The notes under the pieces were generated by a model that ran no database searches, was not told the origin of the DNA, and saw nothing but the letters and a program-made list of their open reading frames with translations. Shown piece by piece: positions 56,125-64,000 of a stretch of 64,000 bases of DNA (position 1 is the stretch's first letter; each line of letters begins with the position of its first letter). Made by a program: the position numbers and the translations under genes. The DNA lies in contig CAXHJY010000690.1 in NCBI GenBank assembly GCA_964016885.1, positions 1-64,000 on the forward strand. Reading direction: 5' to 3'. This stretch comes from Eledone cirrhosa (lineage: Eukaryota).

Positions 56125-58708
56125 GTTTTTTTGTCGTGACACCTACACGACCTCATTTGTTTCAGGCTGGATATTGTGGTACCAACATAACCTTACATTG
56201 AAAGGGGTGCGGTGTAGTGGGACGGGGGTGTATTTTGAGAGATGTGCCTACTGACTGTAGTAGGTTTCACTTTGCACTTAGGTAAGGCGGGTCTTCTCTA
56301 TTACTGTGTAGCGCCAAAGATCTCGGTCCAGTGACATTGTCTTGGAGAGGTGTAAGTGTGTGAGGTCGGAATTTATGAAGTCTGCCTACTCCGTGGCTAC
56401 CGTCTATTTTTATTGCCCTGCACTTTTTTATAGACCTGTCGTCTTTCATGCGCATCACGTGACCATACCAACGTAGTCTTCTCTCGAGTAAACAACATCT
56501 GATCCTCTTATTTCTAATTTCTCCCTTAGTTCGTTTATGCTTTGCCGTTCACGTATATTACTATTACACATCCAGCGGAGCATGCAAGCTTCGTTTCTCT
56601 CCAGTCTGCGTATATCCTCTGCACACAATGCCCAGGTCTCACTGCCATGTAACATTGCTGTTCGTATGCAGGCATCATAAAGCCTGCCTTTCATTTTTAG
56701 AGAGAACCCTTTAGCGGCCAATAGTGGTATAAGCTCTCTGAACTTTTTCCATCCAGTTCTGACTCTAGCTACTGTACTTTCAGAGCACCCTCCCCCACTG
56801 CTGATTTTATCACCCAGGTAACGGAGGCTGTCCACTATTTCTATAGAACCATCTGTGCAATGGAATGAGTTAGTATTCCGTGGGCACTTGCTGCTACTTA
56901 TTGCACCAGAGCACCGGCCACATATAAAATCTATATTCTTAGTTAGCTTACCTGTGATCCCACTACATCTTTTATGTAACCATACTTTGCATTTGGGACA
57001 TAAAATGGAGTTTCTACCTACTCCTTTCCTACACACTGAGCATGGCTATTTCCCAGATGGGACCGGTGCCCTATTTTCCTTCCTACAAACTAGAACTTTA
57101 GTCTTAGACAAGTTAACTTTAAGGCCTTTTGATTCTAGGCCATGCTTCCATGTTTGGAATTTCTTCTCTAGTTCGGCCATTGATTCAGCTATGAGCGTTA
57201 GATCATCTGCATATAGGACTTCCCATGGGCAGCCGGTCTTGAACTCCTCTGTTATAGCCTGAAGGGCAATAATAAATAGTAGGGGGCTAAGGACGGAGCT
57301 GTGATGAACACCAACTTTTATGCTAAACTCTTCACTATATTCGTTGTTAATTCTAACCTTGCTGACTGTTTCTTTATACATGGCTTGAATAGCTCTCACA
57401 AGCCATTCATTAACACCTAGTTTTCTAAGGGCCCACCAGATTTCTCCAAGTCAACAAAAGCTAAGTATAGGGGTTTACTTTTAGCTAGGTACTTCTCCTG
57501 TAGTTGTCGTACAATGAAAAGAGCGTCTGTTGTTCTTTTACCTGACACAAACCCGAACTGCATTTCGTCTAGATCAATTCGCTCTCTGATTAGTTGCGCT
57601 ATTACTTTTTCTGTGACCTTCATGACCTGGTCAATTAATTTAATGCCTCTATAGTTTCCCCTATCTAGGGCATCACCTTTACCCTTGTAGCAGTTAATGA
57701 TGATGCTGCTGCGCCAGTCCTTCGGAACGACCCCATTCTGTATGACTTGGTTGACTATCCGGGTGACCATAATGTGTCCCACCGTTCCAGATGCTTTCAG
57801 CATTTCGGCAACTATTTCCGAAGGCCCGGCTGCCTTGCCTGTCTTCATGTCTTTGATCGCCTTACTTATTATACTACCTTCAACTTGCACTGCTGGTCCC
57901 TCTATTGGGTCGATGTGGGGGAGACTGTCTTTCTCCCATTTATTCTCCTCATTTAGTAGCCTTTCGTAGTGACACTTCCAAGCTATCTTCTTATCAGCGT
58001 CAGTGATGGCAAGTACACCATCATCATTTAGGACACACTTCTCCCCGACAATATCACTGTTTTCCTTGACACATTGCCTAGCAATCCTGAACACCTCACG
58101 TTTTTGGTCCTCGCGTTGTAGAACATGCTTGAACTTTCTTTCCTCTGCTTCCCTTCTTGCGAAGTACACTTGTCCCCTAGCTTCCCTCCTGGCCACTTGA
58201 TAGTCTTCTCTACTTCCCCCATCCCGCCGTGCTTTCCAAGCCTGCTTTTTGGCCTTGATTGACCTCTCCATCTTACTGTTCCAAGTTACTCTCCTCCTGC
58301 CTATAGGCCTGCTCCAGCCACAGGTTTCATCTGTCGCCTTCAGCAGGTTAGCTTTCAGGAATTCCCACTGTTCCTCTATATTGTACGACTCTAATTGCTC
58401 TTCCTTACTATCAAAAGCATCAAGTAATATACTTTTAAATTTATGACTGGCTGTGGGGTCCTTTAATTTCCATATTTTTCTCCTGAGGATAGTCCTCTTC
58501 TGTTGTCGAGTACGTCTCGTCCTGACTATGAGGTCGCTAATTATGAGTCTATGTTGAGAGGTGCATTTTTCATGGGGGAGGGATTTAGTGTTTACAACAG
58601 ACACTCTGTCACGTCTCCTGGTAAGGATATAATCTACCTGGCTTGTGTGTTCCCCCGATCTATAGGTGATCAAGTGATTCTCGTTTTTTGAAGTTAGTGT
58701 TACAGATA
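56124..58708 (-). mobile_element. RTE LINE, longest copy (end of APE domain through RT), disrupted
   Basis: ITYRSG...QVDYIL...SQHRLII; GKAAGP; NYRGIKL; YADD; several deletions and stops; distal 3' UTR missing. Confidence 0.95.
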
Positions 58709-58936
58709 TATTTCTTTATTTACCATAAAGGTATAAAAAGAAGGGACAAATACAAAGGGGGAGTTTACATAAAACCGAGTAAAAAGGGTATAAAATGAAA
58801 ATAATCAAAAACAACCTCAAAAGGGAGGGGACGTGATGGGGGTTGCACCCCCCCCCCCCCCCCCCCGGAAAAAGTGTGCAATCCTTTGCCCGGGGAGCAT
58901 ATGGAGAAGGAGCTCCGATCTCCTTCACTTCTTCAC

Positions 58937-61900
58937 CTACAGGATGGTATACAGAGAAGGCCCATTTACACGAGCCATTCTCGCCACTATCACCCACCTT
59001 TCATAAAACTGCCTGTGGCCAAGCACCTCTCTCTCCATTCTTATCCTTCTTCCGAAGTGATATCGGAAGAAGTAGAGCAGACTATGGCCAGAGAGGAAGT
59101 TGCCTGACCTCAGACCTTTCAATCGTGTCCACCAAACAACCTCTTTCAACATGGCTATTATGCACAGAAAAACCGCCTTTGGTTCCTTTGTGAAGAGGGG
59201 AGGCGGCTTGATTGTCATCACGGAATCGGCGGTCAATCGAATCGGCGCCACCCGCGACAGCAGTCGTTCGGCGTAGCCCCACAGATCAGCCACGCCCGGA
59301 CAGTGCACCAATGCGTGCGCAACGGTTTCTTCGTGACGCACGCATCTAGGGCAAATCTTTTTCGAGGGATCCCTGCCCGGGCGCCCGTGTCTGTAGAGCT
59401 TTTCTTGAACGGGTAGAGCACCCCGGTAGCACTGCCAGGCCAGTGACTTCTGGAAGTTGTCCATTGGTCCCGGGCCGAAAGTCCTACCGAACAGGCTGGC
59501 CAGTTCGTCTTCTTCCATGTCCAGCGACTCTCCAAGGGTGTCATCGCCCCTGCTAGCCACCAGCCTTCTATAGAATGACGAGGTGGATTCTCCACCGATG
59601 GCCGGGTCCGCTTGCCAGAGAGCCCTGAGCGCCTGGGCACACTCAGTCGCCCAGTTTTCCGGATCTTTTCTTGACCCATGACTGCAGCTCGGTGAGCGAG
59701 ACGAGTCTCGGAAAGGCTCGTCTCACGAACGGAGCCCACACCGGTTGACCAGTGAGGAATACCTGTAGGTGCCGTAGCCTTAATGCGTGCCTACGCATCA
59801 TCAACCACGGCAACCCCAGCCCTCCTTTCGAAGGTTGTTGGCAGCAGATGGAACATCTCACCATAGGAGGGCGCTTCTTCCAAAGAAATTGAAAGAGCAT
59901 GCGTTCCATGGTGGTGAGTGTTTCCTTAGGGCAAAGCACGACAGTCAGGCGGTAGTAGGTGACGGATGCTATGTAAATGTTCGCCACCTCCGCCCGACCT
60001 TTCAGGGACAGCTTACACTTGGCCCATTTCTGGGTCAGTGCAAACACCTTGTTCGTAACCTCGCCCCAGTTCTTTTCTACCTGGAGGTCCGGTCCAAACC
60101 AGACCCCAAGCAACTTCACTGGGCCCTCCGTCCAGTGTCCGACGACACCGTCGGGAGGCATCGGTCTGCCTCTCCATGTTCCGAGTTGCAACCGATGGGT
60201 TTTTCCCGGTTCAGTTTCGCTCCTGACAACCTTTCGTATTCCCCCAGTAAGGTTCCGATCGCCTCGATCTCCGAGTCGGTCGATACCATTACTGTTACGT
60301 CATCGGCGTAGGCCGACACCGCTTTGCTCAATCCTGGTTCCAGGGGGATACCCTGCAACAGCTCCAACTTCCTCAGTAAAGGCTCAAGAGTCAATACGTA
60401 CAGAAGGGAGGAGAGAGGGCACCCCTGTCGAATGGATCGTGTGATTTCGAACGGCTTCGAAAGGTAGCCGTTCACCTTGATCCTAGAACAGATGTGGTTG
60501 CTATGTAAGGCAGTGATCCAGCCTCTGAAAACAGGACCGAACCCAGCCGCCGCTAGCACCGCATCCAGGTAACCATGGTCGACCCTATCGAACGTCTTAG
60601 ACTGATCCAAGTTGATCAGGGCCCCACCGAAGCCGGGTTTGTTGCCAACCCTCTCTATGATGTATCGCATGAGGTGGAGGTTGTCGTGAATGGACCTGGA
60701 TGGGATAGCACATGTCTGCACATCTCCCACCAGGCCACCCACGACAAGCGCCAACCTCTTTGCTAACACCTTGGCCAAAATCTTTAACTCTGTGTTTAGC
60801 AGGGTTATGGGCCGAAAATTATTTATACTATCCCCCTTGTTCTCATCCTTCCTCACCAGCGAGACTACGCCCTTGGCTACAGAACAAGGAATTCTCTCGT
60901 TCTGCTGCCAATTGCAGTAGACTGCTTCGAGGAGTTCGGAGAAGAAGACCGCCATTGCTAAATAAAGTTTGTAAGGTATACCATCAAGACCTGGAAATTT
61001 GCGTCTGCTGCATTGGCTCAGTGCATCCCCGATCTCATCAGCCGAGATTGGTCCCTCGCAGGACTCTGCCTCTTCGCTTGAGAGATGCAGCAGGCCGTCG
61101 AGGTATGGACCGAAATCCACGTCCCCACCCGGACCCTCGCCTCCCCCGAACAATCGGGCAAAGTGCCTTTGAAAGGCCTCACACATCTGCTTAGGCTCCC
61201 GGATCACCCGTCCAACCTCGTCTTGCAAAGACAGGATGGTGGATCGATTACCACTCTTAGCTTCTGTCACGCGGGCCCAGCCAACGGCTTTGGCCCCCTC
61301 ATTATCTAGAGCACGTATTTTACTTCGAATGACGCAGCCTTCGTGCTTTGCATCGAAAAACTGGCTCAAGGCCGTCCTCGATGCCAGCACTCTGGCCACA
61401 TCTTCGCTCTTGATTGCCTCTTCTAATTTACCTGTTAATTCTTTCTCGTTCCTATTCCTATCGGCAGCTAACATCTTGCTATAACTTATTGATTCTGTTC
61501 TAATCTCTCTTTTGAGAGATGCCCACCATCGGTTGTTGACGATTGCACCCGTCAACCTCTCCTTAACTAATCTGCTAATCCGGTCTCTGTAAGCCTCTTT
61601 TGCCGGTAAAGACAAATTAAGTTTCCAGTAACCGGGACCCTGTCTATGTGTTCTCTCGAGGTTGACTACGCAGGTCACTAATTTGTGATCTGTATAGCCA
61701 ACCGTGAGCATTTTTGGACAGCTTAATATGTCCCTATCCTTACTTCTAACTAAGAATCTATCTAAGTACGATCTAGATTGACCACTGTGGTTCGTCCAAG
61801 TCCAGGTTGGCACAGTTGGAAAATCTAGTTGATATCTATCGACCAAGTTAAAATGGTCGAGTAACCCCTTGAGGCTGTTACACCCCCCTCTATTAGGACA

Positions 61901-62257
61901 TGCTCCTGCATAGTCCCAACGTGCATCTAGGATGTCATTCCAGTCCCCCGCTAGAAGCAGGGAACGTGATGTTCCCAGAAAAGTCCAGACGCTGGAAGAA
62001 GTCGGGTCGTTCAGCTCCGAAAGGGGAGTAGACGGCGACCAGTCTCAAGGCCGCACCTCCACTACTGCCAACGTCTAGCACCAACAAACGACCTTCCGGG
62101 TCCGAGTGAACAACCTGTACAGCGAGACACTGATCCGAGTCTCATAGATAACCATTACATTTATACCACGTGACCCGAGGTCATTTAAAAGCTTTGCTTG
62201 CTTCCAAGTTGAGCCCAGGCCACGTGCATTCAAACATCCTACTCTTAACACATCCAT
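58937..62257 (-). pseudogene. Tx1-type ORF2 (APE endonuclease, RT, C-terminal CCHC), frameshifted
   Basis: LNARGL, SYLDRF, TDHK, GPGYWKLN, PGLDG, NFRPITLLN, RQGCPLS, AYADD, LSLKGR, GGLG, CPRC...ETVAHALVHC. Confidence 0.9.
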
Positions 62258-62289
62258 GTGGGCGGCAAAGCCAAAGGAGAGTGTAGAGA

Positions 62290-63989
62290 CCTACCTTTCT
62301 GCTTCCTGGGGTTCGGGTCGCACGACTTCCATGGGGTCGGGGGTGTTGGGTGAAGGGGTGTCTTGTGGTGTGGTGGGGTTGGGGTGTTTGGAGTTGTGTT
62401 GGGGAGGGAGAAAGCTTTTTAGGAGGACGCGGTTTATGGGTTTGACAGAGGGTGGTCCTACGTCCTCCTTAAAATCCTTTTTTAGTTTTTGGTAGAGGTT
62501 CATTGGGATCTTTATTAATTTTAAATGTGGGTAGATTTCTGAAGAAACAAAGTTTACCCCTTCGGTTTGTACCGAAGGGGTATTGTTTATGAGTTCATTT
62601 AATTTATTATTGTTTCTGTTGATGTAAGTATAGTGTAATGTCTTTTTTTCGGATGGTGTGAGTGTTTCAAAGAGGGGAGGGGCAGGTTTGGTTTTGTTTG
62701 TTGCTGGAGGGGTGTTTTGTTGGATTGTGTTGACATTTGGGTAGGGGCTGTTTGGTCTTGTGTGTTTTGCACATGTTTTCTTTTTTTCCTTTTAATCTGT
62801 CTGAAGGACTCCGTTTCTTCCTCGAATTCGTTGGGTTATCTTCAATGTTGGAGGGAAGAGGTATGTTTGCTGGTAATGTTTCCGTGTTAGTTTTCTTTGT
62901 GGGGGAGATGGATGTCACTATGTTAGACTGTGTTGTGGCTGCGGTGGTTGTGTTGTTTTATTGAGTGAAGGGTTGGGTGGGACTGTTTTGTTTTTGGGTA
63001 ATGTGTTGTCTGTTTGTGCTGTGGTGGTGGTGTAGTTTTACTGAGGGACGGGTTGGGTGGGACTGAGTTTTGTTGTTTATCTGTTGTGGTGGAGCTGGTG
63101 TTGGTAGCAGGGTTTTCTTCTTGTTGAGTTGGGGACAAGCTGCCTTCAGGTGCCCTCTGCCTGCACAGATATGACAGGACGGCCTTCTACCCTCCACGCT
63201 AATGTTTATATACCCGTGGCCCTCTAATAGGATTCTGTCGGGTATTTGGGCAATGCGTTCAGGCTTCATTTGCACTACAAGTTCTATACCTGTTCCACTG
63301 AACGCATTGCCTGTGGTTTTCCCAATGGAAATCACGTCATTCGCTGGATCGATGAAGCCAGCTATGAGCCAGCAGTAGTCCATATCTGGCATCATCGCAT
63401 CCAGCCATATGCGCTGAGTTCTTTTACCCATATAAGATGGATAAAAGGTAAAATTTGTCCAATGAATCGGCGACAAAGCATATTTTTTTGCTGCCGATTC
63501 GTTCTTCGTAATAATGGCCAGGCTTCCATAGAGCCTGTCTCTTCTTATGAAAGTGGCTTCATTAAGTACTTCTCTAAGTACCGCTTTAATTTCTGCTTGT
63601 GTTGGTTGTTGTGGCTTTTTTGAGATGTTGTTGATGGTGCGGAAAACGACCGTCCGACTTTCAATATCTTTGGTGAGTTCTTGGGGCATTTTTACCGACA
63701 AGGCTCCATTTTCCCACTGAGTTATGAATTGTTTGACGTTTTTTATTCTTTGTGCCACATCTGAAATATTTTCAGGTATGTATGTTAAAGATTTTTTTGT
63801 TGTTTGTGCAAATGAGATGTTATTGGTGTTGACTTTGTCATCTGTTTTGCTTTCTGTTATGATGTTGTTGTTTTCAAATGTTATTTTTGTGTTTGTTGTT
63901 TCTTTGTTTGTGGTATTAATATTGTCATGCAATTCTTTAATTTTTTTTGTTGTTGGAATCAATCTCCAGATTTGTGTTTTCGTCGACAT
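62290..63989 (-). pseudogene. Tx1-type ORF1 (gag-like, zinc knuckle) with disrupted P/T/Q-rich C-terminus
   Basis: ORF 62958-63989 with VEGRRPSCHICAGRGHLKAAC (CX2CX4HX4C). Confidence 0.75.
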
Positions 63990-64000
63990 TTTTCTCCGCA

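Larger units (their letters stand above)
58712..64000 (-). mobile_element. Tx1/L1-clade LINE with ORF1 and ORF2; 5' end probably beyond the window
   Basis: Two long disrupted ORFs in the expected order; AATAAA at the 3' end (about 58715-58720). Confidence 0.9.

Overview
This is AT-rich eukaryotic DNA, probably intronic or intergenic and probably from a cephalopod (octopus-like). That assignment is an inference from the kb-scale (TA)n-derived arrays, the abundant RTE LINEs with (GAT)n tails and the Nin- and CORE-type tRNA SINEs. No intact host protein-coding gene is evident, and nearly all long Y/I/M/C/V/H/T ORFs in the track are microsatellite translations. The window holds about 11 RTE fragments with a PHD-type finger inside the RT, other RTE, CR1 and CRE fragments, a long two-ORF Tx1/L1-clade LINE, a 5'-truncated Penelope-like element (RT C-terminus plus GIY-YIG), an internally deleted hAT element with TIRs and an 8-bp TSD, TTAA-flanked MITEs and SINEs. 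The most interesting signal is a set of at least eight short non-coding insertions, mostly in (TA)n tracts, from three unrelated sequence families. Most have the layout of a fold-back palindrome plus a roughly 80-90 bp unpaired tail. Each family carries type I hammerhead ribozyme motifs, and the fold-back point often falls within the ribozyme, once within 1 nt of the predicted cleavage site. All folding was done by eye and needs computational and biochemical confirmation.
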